The translations under genes and the position numbers were made by a program. Of a DNA stretch of 64,000 bases, positions 29,801 through 39,926 are shown piece after piece. The notes under the pieces are model-generated. The model made no database searches and was not told the origin of the DNA. It saw only the letters and a program-made list of their open reading frames with translations. Numbering within the stretch: position 1 is the stretch's first letter; each line of letters starts with the position of its first letter. Location: the IMG/VR virus record IMGVR_UViG_3300021093_000006; one strand, given 5' to 3'. The DNA is from a virus.

Positions 29801-32558
29801 CTTTATACCAAATATTATATGAATTATACGTGGTTAAATTATTTGCACCTGAGTAGAAGTTTTTATAGAATAACTCTGGACCTTTTACTTCTTTATTAAT
29901 AATGTTACCAGCATTAGGATCGGTTAATTTTCTATAAATTTCATCATCTTTAATTTCTTGAAATAATTTTTTATTATTATTAACAATACCTTTTTCATCA
30001 AATAAAATATATTCTATATCATCAGAAAAAATTCCACTAATTTTAAAATCCCCTATCTTTTGATACCCATTTACCTCACTTATTTCATACCCTATATTAT
30101 TTTCAATAATAAAATCATTATAAAATTTACATTTTTTTATATTAAAAGATTCTGCTGCAACAACAGGTGTATTAGGATTATTTAATTGATTTTCAATTTC
30201 TATTAATAAATTAGAAATTATTTTTCTAGCTTTTTCTGAAAATATTGTTTTATTTGCAGAAATGGATTCTAACCTAGCGTATTCATCTATATTTCTTAAT
30301 CCTGTCGATGGAGAGAACTTTGTGTAATTATTTAATAATGATACTCTAGTAAAAAACTTTTCTAATAATTCATTACCTATACTTTGTACATCATTCAGTG
30401 AATTTAATTTTATCCAAGGATTTACTTTATAATCTATTGGATTAATAGGAAACCAATTATCTGTATCTAAACCATTTTTTAAAACACTAGCTTTTGTGAC
30501 ATCTTCTAAAGTTTTTGTTTTACCAACAATATTTTCAAAAACTCTCTCAACAAAATCCAATTCAGGAAAATCTGAAGTATTAATACCCAAAACATCTCCC
30601 ATATAAATTTCTTCTAAATCACCTTTATCTCCTTTTTGATATATTGAAGGCCAAGCAACACCGTCTATACCTGTTGGGACATCTGTTTCATATGTTTTTA
30701 AAATGGACTTTCTATTTTCGGCTTTAGTTTTATCTTCTGCCGCAACACTTATATCATATATTGTTTCTACCATTGCCTGAGTATTATTCGCAATAATCTC
30801 AAAACATTTACCAATGGTAGGATTAAAATTAAATTCTTTTCTAAAATTTTCTAATAATTTTTCGTTAATTTCTTCCTGTACAATTTCTTTTTGTATTTTC
30901 ACTATTTCTTCCAAATCAATTATACTATCTTCTAATAACGCTCTTTGTTTCCTAAAATCTGCAACTAAAACATTTGATGTAGGTAACAAATTAGTTTTTG
31001 GTGAATAATAAATTTTATCTGAAATATTTTTTTTTAATCTATCTGTATTTAAATTATTATTTATGTCAGGGCCTTTATCATAATTTTTAAGTAAATTAAT
31101 TTCTGAACCAGTTGTATAAAAACTTTCTAAAATAAAATCTAATCTTTTTGGATCTGGTTTTAAATTAACTCCTTTAGTTGGTGATACTATATAGTTCTCC
31201 CAATTTTCTTCATTAGTTATATCAAAAAATGAATCAATTAAATCCCTATCTTTAGTAGATTCAACTGTCTCATTTGTTTTGATTTTTTGTGTTTTTAAAA
31301 TATCTTTTAATTTTGCACTTTCTAAGGTGTTGTTAGGTTGATATTTTATTCTTTGATCAGATTTTAAATATTCTTTATATTTTAAAATAATAGAATTTAA
31401 AGTAGAAATATAAGATTTAAAAGATGCCCTATTTATAGAATTAAAAACAACATAATCCCTTATAGATAAATAATTTTTATTTTTTATTAATTCATCGTCT
31501 TTTATTGGTGATGTATCAATAATATCAATTCTATTTTCTAATTCTAAATAAGATTTAGATTGTACTGTTTTTTCATCACTACCATTAGAATCACTTTTAG
31601 GTTCTTTTTGAATTGCATTACCTATAAAAGATTTAAGTGTTTTTAAAAGACTTAATTTACCATTTAAATCTTTTAGGAATTGAAAACTGTTTATTTCAGT
31701 TTTAATTATTTCTGATTGTACTTGTAACTTACTAATTTGTGTAAAAAAATCATCTATTTTTCTTATATTTAATTCACCACTATTTCTTAAATCTTCTAAA
31801 GTTTTTCCACCTAAATCAGAACTACCTATTTCAGATTTACTTTCATCAAATATACGATTTAAATTATTATAACCTTCAGTAGTATTAATTGTACCTATAA
31901 TATTCCCTAAAACCATATCATTTAAAAAAGCCTGCTGAAAACCTAAGAAGTTGGCGGTAATGTCAAAATTACCTGTACTCCCATCAAAATTAGATGTCCA
32001 ATTAATCATATGTAAACAAAAATCTACTTTTTGTCCAAAATAACCTTTTACCGATAAATTAAATACAGGGTAAGGCATTTTAAAAAATATACTATATGGT
32101 GATAATCTGTCTTCATCTTTAATTACGTCAAATAATGCACCACCCCTCACATCTGTAAATGTGATATCCACAGTAGGTACTAAACTAGAATTGTATTTAA
32201 TATCTATAGATTTTATACCAAAACCTTCTAACACACCAGCACTTTTAGTGTCTGAAGCATTAAAACCACCTATGTTAGTCCAATCTGTAGTTGCATATGT
32301 TTTTTGTAAAGGAGGATCAAGCTTACCTGTTTTATAATCATATTTTATTTTAGTTGAGATGAAGTGTACCTCATCCTCAATACCATTATTAAAATTAATG
32401 GCATTACCTTCCAATGTTTGTCCACCATACGTAACTCTACTTCTAGGATAGGCAGAAAATTTAACATAAATGAATAAATCTTCTGGTGGAACTATCTCCA
32501 TACCTGGCGGGTTTGGATCTACAATAAACGCTTTTCCAACTTTTTCAACTTTAGCCAT
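26880..32558 (-). CDS. Baseplate hub protein (gp27/gpD-like) with C-terminal degenerate GH19-like domain (1892 aa)
   Basis: Follows tube-initiator and LysM-like genes (P2 U-X-D order); FGIKSIDI...VDITFTDVRG; GAYLITSVSHSISPNEMSTSFDGVR hub motif; GDAYRFRPRGYLYMVGRKQY resembles GH19 GDGxxYRGRGxxQLTGxxNY. Confidence 0.7.
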   Translation of the reverse strand: MAKVEKVGKAFIVDPNPPGMEIVPPEDLFIYVKFSAYPRSRVTYGGQTLEGNAINFNNGIEDEVHFISTKIKYDYKTGKLDPPLQKTYATTDWTNIGGFNASDTKSAGVLEGFGIKSIDIKYNSSLVPTVDITFTDVRGGALFDVIKDEDRLSPYSIFFKMPYPVFNLSVKGYFGQKVDFCLHMINWTSNFDGSTGNFDITANFLGFQQAFLNDMVLGNIIGTINTTEGYNNLNRIFDESKSEIGSSDLGGKTLEDLRNSGELNIRKIDDFFTQISKLQVQSEIIKTEINSFQFLKDLNGKLSLLKTLKSFIGNAIQKEPKSDSNGSDEKTVQSKSYLELENRIDIIDTSPIKDDELIKNKNYLSIRDYVVFNSINRASFKSYISTLNSIILKYKEYLKSDQRIKYQPNNTLESAKLKDILKTQKIKTNETVESTKDRDLIDSFFDITNEENWENYIVSPTKGVNLKPDPKRLDFILESFYTTGSEINLLKNYDKGPDINNNLNTDRLKKNISDKIYYSPKTNLLPTSNVLVADFRKQRALLEDSIIDLEEIVKIQKEIVQEEINEKLLENFRKEFNFNPTIGKCFEIIANNTQAMVETIYDISVAAEDKTKAENRKSILKTYETDVPTGIDGVAWPSIYQKGDKGDLEEIYMGDVLGINTSDFPELDFVERVFENIVGKTKTLEDVTKASVLKNGLDTDNWFPINPIDYKVNPWIKLNSLNDVQSIGNELLEKFFTRVSLLNNYTKFSPSTGLRNIDEYARLESISANKTIFSEKARKIISNLLIEIENQLNNPNTPVVAAESFNIKKCKFYNDFIIENNIGYEISEVNGYQKIGDFKISGIFSDDIEYILFDEKGIVNNNKKLFQEIKDDEIYRKLTDPNAGNIINKEVKGPELFYKNFYSGANNLTTYNSYNIWYKEVGNRILKNSNNLILGDLSKCRLEDVNPTGSTNDSLYINSTYFNKTYTGKTDYGDIMTDNDLYEGQTSNYSRALLLLSTFPFRNFKEGFLNSVFDNLVFNGARIINLPKLYVYYIGALLWRYEESLVTSDPIKKTNLNNKDYSLFITPPNCYLNRIGYRAASSTNKIDKIASEYLEDELLYLPKSVKNKLINTFKNWVDSENFNSSLTGTFEKNIKKYVPDLITQSTLTKQDKDLAKSYVHSKIKETTDLILLNPDIFDKVKIQFNKTNYKGLVVDKNSLLSYITNFKQKFNEVGKDNKNGEEGTNEFKNDKKNLTPIKLQLYNYFKNINNKWVGSEEKSFNICGDPNNKNLFDYFKFIDRGWRFIGDEATFNLKSFLTLGSNLNTSVYFFISKLLRDSNFLFQILPTYINFKNAEEVGKIFQPQTVLQNNESTGPIFCCIYIGGASERLDIGERSNYYFKDDGFSLTTGEIPADLTDTNKALIDNNGNIGIDETSLVAFRVSFGAQNQTVFKNLSLSQQEHRETGEYFSALSDIIDKRGGTQKTYVGTDLLRLFKARSYTCKVDAMGCMNIQPLMYFDLQNVPFFNGAYLITSVSHSISPNEMSTSFDGVRQSRFKTSPTKEITADLDIDLNESSETPKIEFTNLNNKNELFSIGVLNPNDKFDFDINFNGQSGIDKFKNIGVTSFTDENLRNLIDYFRINLESEKIVTNSQVTMALSAIFSNSENLLSTEMKWDAENKETYIRRFPENDINNGKIKYYGITTSNEKYLKVQPIFTAGTIDDISYLLPGNDDLKEFLINDRIENRKKEINDKLPNLDVNNATEKTEKEKLEKELKKLNDQEANLSATTKYYNIFEGDAYRFRPRGYLYMVGRKQYTDIYSDLGQIDPKQFSKTPEQAFFTSLKIWKYLKENSKSAYDYSSLNSGSATIYKKCIDITHQYNGKGIEVVFSTFEKVLTIFTDKNGNPLINYFNP

Positions 32559-32564
32559 TAAATT

Positions 32565-32891
32565 TTACTTTTTGATATAATAATTAATATATTTTTGAGT
32601 TTCATCTATATACTGTTGTATACTGTCTCTAAATGGAAAAGGTATTCTTATAATTTCACCATCAGGTATATTTTCTTCCACACCACCGTATTGTGGATTT
32701 GCCAACATTATTAACCATCCATGATAAGGATTATTGTAATATTTTTGACTTAATTTATCTAATCTAGAAAATTGTGATTCATAAACCACACTTTTATCAG
32801 ATCCTTTAGGTGGAATACCTATATAAGGTAAAGGTAAATATTTACCATCAAATTTAAAACTCTGATATCTATCAAAATATTCTTTTCCCAT
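32565..32891 (-). CDS. LysM-like baseplate protein (P2 gpX / T4 gp53-like)
   Basis: SRLDKLSQKYYNNPYHGWLIMLANP...IPDGEIIRIP; position between tube initiator and hub. Confidence 0.8.
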   Translation of the reverse strand: MGKEYFDRYQSFKFDGKYLPLPYIGIPPKGSDKSVVYESQFSRLDKLSQKYYNNPYHGWLIMLANPQYGGVEENIPDGEIIRIPFPFRDSIQQYIDETQKYINYYIKK

Positions 32892-32896
32892 TTTTA

Positions 32897-35800
32897 TTAA
32901 TTTAACCCATCTTTAGTGATAGTAAATGATTTATTTGTTGTTGTTGTTTTTTTATTTTTAGATAAGTAAGCAGTTACAGTAACTTTATCCGAAACACTTG
33001 ATTTATATTTTTCTAAATCTTTCTCTTTTTGTTTTAAATCATTTTCTGCTTTTCTAATTTCTGAATTAGATACCGATGAAGGATATAATTGTTTTTCAGC
33101 TATTAAAGTATCTAAAAAATTCTTAGAGTCCGTAACCGCAGTTTCTAAGTCTTCTAATGTTTTAAAATCCATTATTTTACCTTCGAATTTAGGGAATATT
33201 GCGACATCAAAAACATCTGTTTCGATAAAAGATTCTGAATTATCTCCAGTTATTTCTTCTTTAGAATTTCCTACTTCTACAATTAATACTATTTTATTAT
33301 TTTCTTCTGTTTTTCCATCTATTTCTTGTTCCGCCGCAGGTTTACCATTTTTTGTTTTAACAATAATAGATTGACCATCTTTTTTAGAAATTTCTAAAAC
33401 TCCAGTATTTTCAGTATTTTTTTCACTGTTTTCATTTTTTTCGTTTTCTTTTTCTTGATCAATAATACCTTCTTTCTTTAAACTATTTATATACTTATTT
33501 AAATTTTCTTCCCCTACTAATTTTTTTTTAAATTCACCTAATTTTATACCGTCTACAACTTTTCCTGTTGAATCGTCTATACTGTCTGATCTAACATCAT
33601 ACATTTCAGTATTTGCATAATAATTAAATGAAACTGCGTTTTGTAACCTATTAAGTGGACCAACTAATGAATGACCACCAATATAATCGATAGATAAAGA
33701 TACTGTTGCAATCATTGGTTGAACCCCTATACCTTCGGGATTAATATCCCATTGAGGCCCGTCATAAGTTATTGATAAACTATTAATGGCAATTTTTGTA
33801 TGAAAAAAATCTCCTATACGTAATATACAAATAGGTGGTCTACCAAAAGATAGATTTTGTGGTTGAACCCCAACTTCTGTACCGTCCTTCAAAGTTTTTT
33901 TGTCATATATACTAGGACCCTGCCTCATACATTGATTTAAGAATGTTAATCTACTATTAAAACCTTCTGGTGTAATACTATGGAATCCTGGATGAAAATA
34001 TTTTATTTTTTGTGAAATATATCTAAAATAATTAGGATAATTTTCATCTATAAAATCAAAATATACATTTTCATCTATAATCAAATTATCGATTAATCTT
34101 ATATCTTCAGGATTAAAAGAACTTTCACCATCTTTCTCTTCTTCCTTAACCCCCAAATCTTTAGAGTTTTCTGTATCATTTTCCATAACAACCGCAACTC
34201 TATAATCATTTTCAGTGTCATTAGATGTTGCGATATTTCCTTTTACTTCCCAACTAATATTTAAAATTAATTTTGGATCTATTCCAGAAGATTGTAACTT
34301 ACTTTCAATTTCAGATTTGACTTTATCTGCAAAACTTTTACTTAAATCTTTTCCATCTGTAATTGTTTCACCTAACAAGTTTTCAGTTGATCCATTACCG
34401 ACCCAACCATTCAATGTTATTTTTACTTTTGGGTTTGTATTATTACTTTGTTTTTCTAAAAAAGTTTTAATCTGACTTACTATTGTATTTATATCAGGTT
34501 CAGATGGAGTTCGTTTAGCTTTACAATTTTCAGTCGCATCATTACATTCAACATCCTGTATTAATTTAACATCACCTTTATCAGTATCTTTTTCAACATC
34601 TACTCTTTTTTGAGGTTCTTTTTCTTTTATTTTCTTTTTAATTTCTTCTAAATCAGATTGAGGTACTGCACATTCTAACGCCCTTAAAAATTCTTCAGGT
34701 GTGGCACACCCAGCAAAAAATCTTTCAGTAAGATTTGTAGAATTTCCTCTATAACAATTAATAACTCTAGGATGATCCACAATTATTTTAAAACCTAATG
34801 AACCTGACCTACTAGAATTATTATAAGTAAATACAGGTTCACTTCTACCTATAAATTCATTTTTAGTCCAATTTGCAGAAGTACTATCATCAAAAGTTAA
34901 CTCATATGGTGGAAACCACATTATTCTACCTTTTGTACCACTTAAAATATCTCCAGGACCAATTTCACTTAAAGGTAAATCTGCCAAATTATCTGCCCAA
35001 GCTAAATTTTCGATAGATAACATAAACTTTTTACGTGTTGTTGAAGAATCTAATATTGTGGGATGATACTTGGGAATACCATTTTCCATTAAAACGCTTT
35101 GAGATGCCCTATCTTTACTTACAGAAAAACCTTGTAAATCTACACTTGGTGAACTAAATAAACCAGTATTTCTTATTGCGTTTGCATAACTATATCTATC
35201 ATTAACAGTCCAAACTCTACAAAAATTACCATTACCATCTATATCTATTAAATCTATAGTTTTAATTGCGTTACCCCTACTTATAATTCTACCTTGTTGT
35301 TTATCTTTAAAATATTTTTTAGTTTGATTAATAAAAACATCGTTCTGATTATTATTAACTAATTGTTGTGTTTTATATAAAAGTGTTTTTTCGTTAAAAT
35401 TTTGTTCACCACCAGTTGCCCAAAAGAATTTATTTGGTTCACCTGATGGTTCACCTATACCTTCTATAGTAGTTCTTTTTGCGTTTCCAGATGTATCAGT
35501 TAATCCATTAAAATCTTCACTTTTGAAAGTTTGAGTTATTAGTTTCCCCCTATTAGTATTTTTTTCTGTACCAATATAATATCTTGCATTTAATCCCGCA
35601 TCTGACGTACCATCCAATCTTCTATCTTCATACAATGGTCGATAATCATTTCTATTCATTAAATTAAATGCGAATGATACTTGTGTAACACTAGTTCTAC
35701 TTAATAATGTATTCATTCTTATTTCAGTAGACATAGTTGGTTCAACACCTTCTTTTAAATCTAAATCTGATTTTAATAATTCATCACCTGATTTAACACT

Positions 35801-36505
35801 ACTATTATATTCATTCCACCCAATTGCATTATTAGGTAATGTATTGAAGAATTGATCATTACCCCTTAATCTATTAACATAGTTATCTACTATATTACCA
35901 ACTGGTTCTGTAATGTATCCTGTTTTTTTATTAGAATTACCTGTTTCTTCTGAAACTTGTGCAATTTTATCTATTATAGTTTTTTCTAATTGTTGACCAC
36001 CTAACAATCCTAATGAACTTTCTCTTTGAAAATTCAAAGATTTATATGTATCAATAACATTAAATGGAAACTTTACTCCTTTTTGATCACCTTTGTTTAC
36101 TAAAAAAAATTGTTCTTGATTATACGATGAAGGATAATCATCTCTTACCTTTTCACCAAAACCTTCAGGTAGTGGATAACCTAAATTAGGTGGAATAGTT
36201 AATTCATAAACTTCATATTGTTCATCTTGTGGAATAAATCTGTTTAGATTAACATTTTGTGTTGTTCTATAAAATGTACCTAAAGGAAATAGTTTTTCAT
36301 TTTCATTATAATGAACTGGTATATTCTCATTTGCAGTACCATTTACAGGTACATTAATAACTTTACCAATATCATTTAAAAATGAAGTTAATCCTGCCTG
36401 AGTTAAAGTTTGATTTACAGGTGGTGGTAAATTTCTACTTAATAAACTATTCCTAAATTCTTGTGTAGAAAAAATACCTTTATTGTAATCTAATATTCCT
36501 GCCAT
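32897..36505 (-). CDS. Tail tube initiator (gp48/gp54/gpU-like) with inserted OmpA-like segment (1202 aa)
   Basis: WFPPYELTFDDSTSANWTKNEFIGRSEPVFTYNNSSRSGSLGFKI and PPICILRIGDFFHTKIAINSLSITYD..WD tube-fold motifs; follows the tape measure gene. Confidence 0.7.
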   Translation of the reverse strand: MAGILDYNKGIFSTQEFRNSLLSRNLPPPVNQTLTQAGLTSFLNDIGKVINVPVNGTANENIPVHYNENEKLFPLGTFYRTTQNVNLNRFIPQDEQYEVYELTIPPNLGYPLPEGFGEKVRDDYPSSYNQEQFFLVNKGDQKGVKFPFNVIDTYKSLNFQRESSLGLLGGQQLEKTIIDKIAQVSEETGNSNKKTGYITEPVGNIVDNYVNRLRGNDQFFNTLPNNAIGWNEYNSSVKSGDELLKSDLDLKEGVEPTMSTEIRMNTLLSRTSVTQVSFAFNLMNRNDYRPLYEDRRLDGTSDAGLNARYYIGTEKNTNRGKLITQTFKSEDFNGLTDTSGNAKRTTIEGIGEPSGEPNKFFWATGGEQNFNEKTLLYKTQQLVNNNQNDVFINQTKKYFKDKQQGRIISRGNAIKTIDLIDIDGNGNFCRVWTVNDRYSYANAIRNTGLFSSPSVDLQGFSVSKDRASQSVLMENGIPKYHPTILDSSTTRKKFMLSIENLAWADNLADLPLSEIGPGDILSGTKGRIMWFPPYELTFDDSTSANWTKNEFIGRSEPVFTYNNSSRSGSLGFKIIVDHPRVINCYRGNSTNLTERFFAGCATPEEFLRALECAVPQSDLEEIKKKIKEKEPQKRVDVEKDTDKGDVKLIQDVECNDATENCKAKRTPSEPDINTIVSQIKTFLEKQSNNTNPKVKITLNGWVGNGSTENLLGETITDGKDLSKSFADKVKSEIESKLQSSGIDPKLILNISWEVKGNIATSNDTENDYRVAVVMENDTENSKDLGVKEEEKDGESSFNPEDIRLIDNLIIDENVYFDFIDENYPNYFRYISQKIKYFHPGFHSITPEGFNSRLTFLNQCMRQGPSIYDKKTLKDGTEVGVQPQNLSFGRPPICILRIGDFFHTKIAINSLSITYDGPQWDINPEGIGVQPMIATVSLSIDYIGGHSLVGPLNRLQNAVSFNYYANTEMYDVRSDSIDDSTGKVVDGIKLGEFKKKLVGEENLNKYINSLKKEGIIDQEKENEKNENSEKNTENTGVLEISKKDGQSIIVKTKNGKPAAEQEIDGKTEENNKIVLIVEVGNSKEEITGDNSESFIETDVFDVAIFPKFEGKIMDFKTLEDLETAVTDSKNFLDTLIAEKQLYPSSVSNSEIRKAENDLKQKEKDLEKYKSSVSDKVTVTAYLSKNKKTTTTNKSFTITKDGLN

Positions 36506-36525
36506 ATATAATATTTTCTTATTAT

Positions 36526-36533
36526 ATAAATAT
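36526..36533 (-). promoter_or_regulatory. Putative late promoter motif ATATTTAT
   Basis: 20 nt upstream of ATG 36505. Confidence 0.5.
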
Positions 36534-36636
36534 TAGATCAATAAAATTCTGGATAATTAAATAATATTATTTATATTTGTTCTTGTTTTAATATAAAATA
36601 TATATTATTATTTACTTGTATTTGCAGGTTCTTGTA

Positions 36637-36665
36637 ATAATAGGAAATTTATTTTGTAAAGTCAA
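36637..36665 (-). promoter_or_regulatory. Possible promoter TTGACT-N17-TATTAT
   Basis: In the 195-bp gap after the tape measure gene; same TTGACT-N17 spacing as the SSB promoter. Confidence 0.35.
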
Positions 36666-36700
36666 TAGTAAATTAAAAAAAAAATAAAAAATTTTTTATT

Positions 36701-38773
36701 TTATCCCATATAATCAGTTGTTTCTTTACTTGAAGGTACTCCGCCATTCCTAAATGTACCATTTAAATGTGAAATTATAGTTTTTACTATTTGTGGTTTT
36801 ATAGATTCCATATCGATATTTTTAGAAGACCCATCTGGTGAAGTTATTTCTATTTTTCCTGATATATCTATTTTACCAAATTCTATTTTTGAAGTCATTG
36901 AAGTGGTTTCGGGTATTGTTAAACTTTTATCCATTAATTTATCTAAAGGTCCACCTTTTTTTGCACCAATAATATCATCTTCGTTAGAAAAACTTGTAAT
37001 TTCTCCTGAAGATCTTAACATAAAATCCCCATGATATGGATCCGCACCACCAGTATTTCCTTTTCCTGAACCACCACCTATTGCATGAAAAGTCTCTTCA
37101 AGTTTCTTACTACTAATTACTAAATCACCAAAAGTTGTTATAACTTTATCTTTAATTTGATTTTTTAAATTATCCATTTCAGTCATAGCATCATCTATAA
37201 CACTTTTTTCATCTCCAGAATTTTTAAACATATCATCGATGAAAGATTTACTATTATCTATAAAAGTATCTGATAACTTACCAACCCCATCTTTCATGTT
37301 TTGTAAAACAGGTGCAATTTCATCTGCAGTTAATTCATATATATTTGTTAAACCAGCGACTTTATACTTCCCACCCTCTCTCATATTATCAACTTGATCA
37401 GACATTTTTTTAGTATGTGTTGCAATATCTCTAAGACTTTCTTCAGATGTTTGTTGTTCTTTCATAATAGTTTCTGCCATATCATCAGTAATTTGATCTA
37501 AACCCAAATCACCAAATTCTTCAGTTTCTATAACAAATTTACCATCTTTAAATTTAGCTATTGAAGCCAAACTCTCTTTCATTTCATCATCACCTACCGA
37601 TGTAAATTTCATTTTTATGTCCCCAATCTTAGCTGCTTGTCTGGACATTTCAATCATATTATCCACCCCTAAATTCAATTGTTGATCTAATGCCTGAAAT
37701 TGCATTCTAGCTTCTGCTGGTAATTCATATTCACCAGTTTCTTCATTAAATTGAAGCATATTTTCAGTCATTTTAGAAATTCTTTTTGCCAATTCTTCGG
37801 GTTTGTTTCTAGCCTCATACATTAAAGTAAACGGATCACCAAAAGCTTCTGCAATATCACCACCTAAAAGTTGTAATTGAGCTGCAGTCTCTATAGCAGC
37901 ATCTGGTTGATATAATTTATCTGCTAGTTGTAGCATACCTGCCATATCCATTCTCATTTTAACTGCCTGTTTTGCCATTTCAGTCATTCCTTTGACACCA
38001 TTTTTAAAAGAAAATGTTGACATTGTTTTCATATTACTTTGTAATTCTTTTATTACTTTAGTAGCATTTAAACCCATAGATTGTGCAGATTTATAAGTTT
38101 CTAAAACATTTTTTTCCATTTGTTCAGTAGACAAACCCATTAACGAAAAACTATCCGCCATTTGAGCAGCTTCATTAGATTGCATATCCATAGCTTCGGT
38201 TAAAGAAGCAATTCTAATAGCGTCTTCACTAGTTAAATTACTCATTCTACCTGTGGCTTCACTTATTTCTGTGAATATTGTAGATAATGAAGATGCTTCC
38301 ATACCCATTTCTGCAATTGCTGGCATAGCACCTTTAAAACTATTTTCCATGAATTTAGCACCTTTTCCAGTCATACCTATATCCACACCAATTTTTTTGT
38401 ATACTTCAGCCATTTTTTCGGCATATTCATATTGTTTTTTTGAATTGGTTAAAAACTCTCTAAAATCATTACCAGCGGCAGCGATTTGGTTATACATATA
38501 ACCAGTTGCGGTATTTATATTTTTAAGATTCCCTAAAAGTTCTTTTGATTGTTTTACTAATTTAGCAGTAACTTTTTCTTCCTCCTTAATAATTTCTCCT
38601 TTTTCAATGAGTAGTTCTCTTGTCTTCTCAAGTTTTTTTATTTCTTCTTCGTATTTTTTTATTTCTTCTCTATCTGCTTCTGAAGAAATATCTGAATCTT
38701 TAGCGAACACTTTTAATTGATCAACTAATTTTTCTAATTGTTGTTGTAAATCTTTACCCTTATCTCCTCCCAT
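36701..38773 (-). CDS. Tail tape measure protein (690 aa)
   Basis: Ala/Met/Lys/Glu-rich helical protein; AAQMADSFSLMG and AIETAAQLQLLGGDIAEAFGDPFTLMY; lies between the chaperone and tube-initiator genes. Confidence 0.78.
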   Translation of the reverse strand: MGGDKGKDLQQQLEKLVDQLKVFAKDSDISSEADREEIKKYEEEIKKLEKTRELLIEKGEIIKEEEKVTAKLVKQSKELLGNLKNINTATGYMYNQIAAAGNDFREFLTNSKKQYEYAEKMAEVYKKIGVDIGMTGKGAKFMENSFKGAMPAIAEMGMEASSLSTIFTEISEATGRMSNLTSEDAIRIASLTEAMDMQSNEAAQMADSFSLMGLSTEQMEKNVLETYKSAQSMGLNATKVIKELQSNMKTMSTFSFKNGVKGMTEMAKQAVKMRMDMAGMLQLADKLYQPDAAIETAAQLQLLGGDIAEAFGDPFTLMYEARNKPEELAKRISKMTENMLQFNEETGEYELPAEARMQFQALDQQLNLGVDNMIEMSRQAAKIGDIKMKFTSVGDDEMKESLASIAKFKDGKFVIETEEFGDLGLDQITDDMAETIMKEQQTSEESLRDIATHTKKMSDQVDNMREGGKYKVAGLTNIYELTADEIAPVLQNMKDGVGKLSDTFIDNSKSFIDDMFKNSGDEKSVIDDAMTEMDNLKNQIKDKVITTFGDLVISSKKLEETFHAIGGGSGKGNTGGADPYHGDFMLRSSGEITSFSNEDDIIGAKKGGPLDKLMDKSLTIPETTSMTSKIEFGKIDISGKIEITSPDGSSKNIDMESIKPQIVKTIISHLNGTFRNGGVPSSKETTDYMG

Positions 38774-38774
38774 T

Positions 38775-39926
38775 TTAATTATCTATATATTCTAATATTT
38801 TACCACTCCAAACAGTTTTAATATTACTAATAGAACCGTCAGCGTTAACAACCCAAAAAGCGTTGTTTCCTTGTGCTTTTTTTACCTTTTCAGTGTCAAA
38901 CCCCATAATATATCTATTAGTTGTACCTTCTTTTTGTACTAAAACTGTATCACCTCTTTCTCCATAAGTTTTTAATATTTCAAATTTTACAACCTGATCA
39001 TCATTATATAATGTTGTAGTAGATCCACCACCACCAGGACTATATGTTACATCACCATTAAACTTAATTAACATGTAATCGTGAAGAACTATTTTTTCAC
39101 CAACAGATTTATTACTTGAATAATCTTTATACTTTTCGGTTTCTTTATTATAACCTTTTATTTTATAAAATTGTTGTAAATCACTAATCATATCATCTAT
39201 TAAACTTTCTGCATCCTCATACCAATCTTCTAATTGTGAACAAGATAAAGAGGTTTTATCCCTATCATCTTTCTCAATTATATATTTACCATATTTATTT
39301 TCACAATAATCCCAAGTAGATAATAAATCTTCTTGAATTTGTTCTGGTTGATCAGCAATTGAGGCTTTATATACATTTATATCCGCTTTACCACTATCCT
39401 CTTCTACATTATCATCAAATATTGTTAAACAATAACATCTACTATGTTCTACTTTTTTTCCATATCTTTCGGCATATTTTTTCATTTGTAATGCCGCACT
39501 AGCAACTTTTTTAATTCTACTTATTTGTCTAGGACCATATTTTAATACTTTCCCAGCAACTCTTATAGTTGTCCCCCTAGCTAATACAATTTTTTCTAAA
39601 TCTTCTGCACTTATTTCATCACTAGATAAAAAATCTAAAAGTCCATCATCAGTCATAGATTCCATATCAACCACCTCTATTTCTATTTCATCACCTACTT
39701 TTACGTCACTTTTATATTCTTTAGCATCTTTTAATTCAATATAAAATTCAGTATCAGTGTTAGGAGGTAATTGATCATCTTCAACTACCGTAAACTTTTG
39801 TTTTTTTGTTTTGACTTCTCCATTAGAATCTGGTGTAACAATTATACCTTCACCTAAAAGATTATCAATAGACTCAGACATTAAATATAGTATGTCTAAA
39901 ATTTTTCCGTTTTTTTTATATAACAT
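38775..39926 (-). CDS. Hypothetical protein with NusA-NTD-like segment (383 aa; start could be ATG 39881)
   Basis: IIVTPDSNGEVKTKKQKFTVVED...IELKDAKEYKSDVKVGDEIEIEV resembles the beta-rich part of the NusA N-terminal domain. Confidence 0.55.
   Translation of the reverse strand: MLYKKNGKILDILYLMSESIDNLLGEGIIVTPDSNGEVKTKKQKFTVVEDDQLPPNTDTEFYIELKDAKEYKSDVKVGDEIEIEVVDMESMTDDGLLDFLSSDEISAEDLEKIVLARGTTIRVAGKVLKYGPRQISRIKKVASAALQMKKYAERYGKKVEHSRCYCLTIFDDNVEEDSGKADINVYKASIADQPEQIQEDLLSTWDYCENKYGKYIIEKDDRDKTSLSCSQLEDWYEDAESLIDDMISDLQQFYKIKGYNKETEKYKDYSSNKSVGEKIVLHDYMLIKFNGDVTYSPGGGGSTTTLYNDDQVVKFEILKTYGERGDTVLVQKEGTTNRYIMGFDTEKVKKAQGNNAFWVVNADGSISNIKTVWSGKILEYIDN

Noticed and set aside
36681-36702. 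AT-only palindromes after stops (36681..36702; 12753..12778) as terminators
   Set aside because: No GC pairs; such palindromes are expected by chance in poly-A/T tracts.
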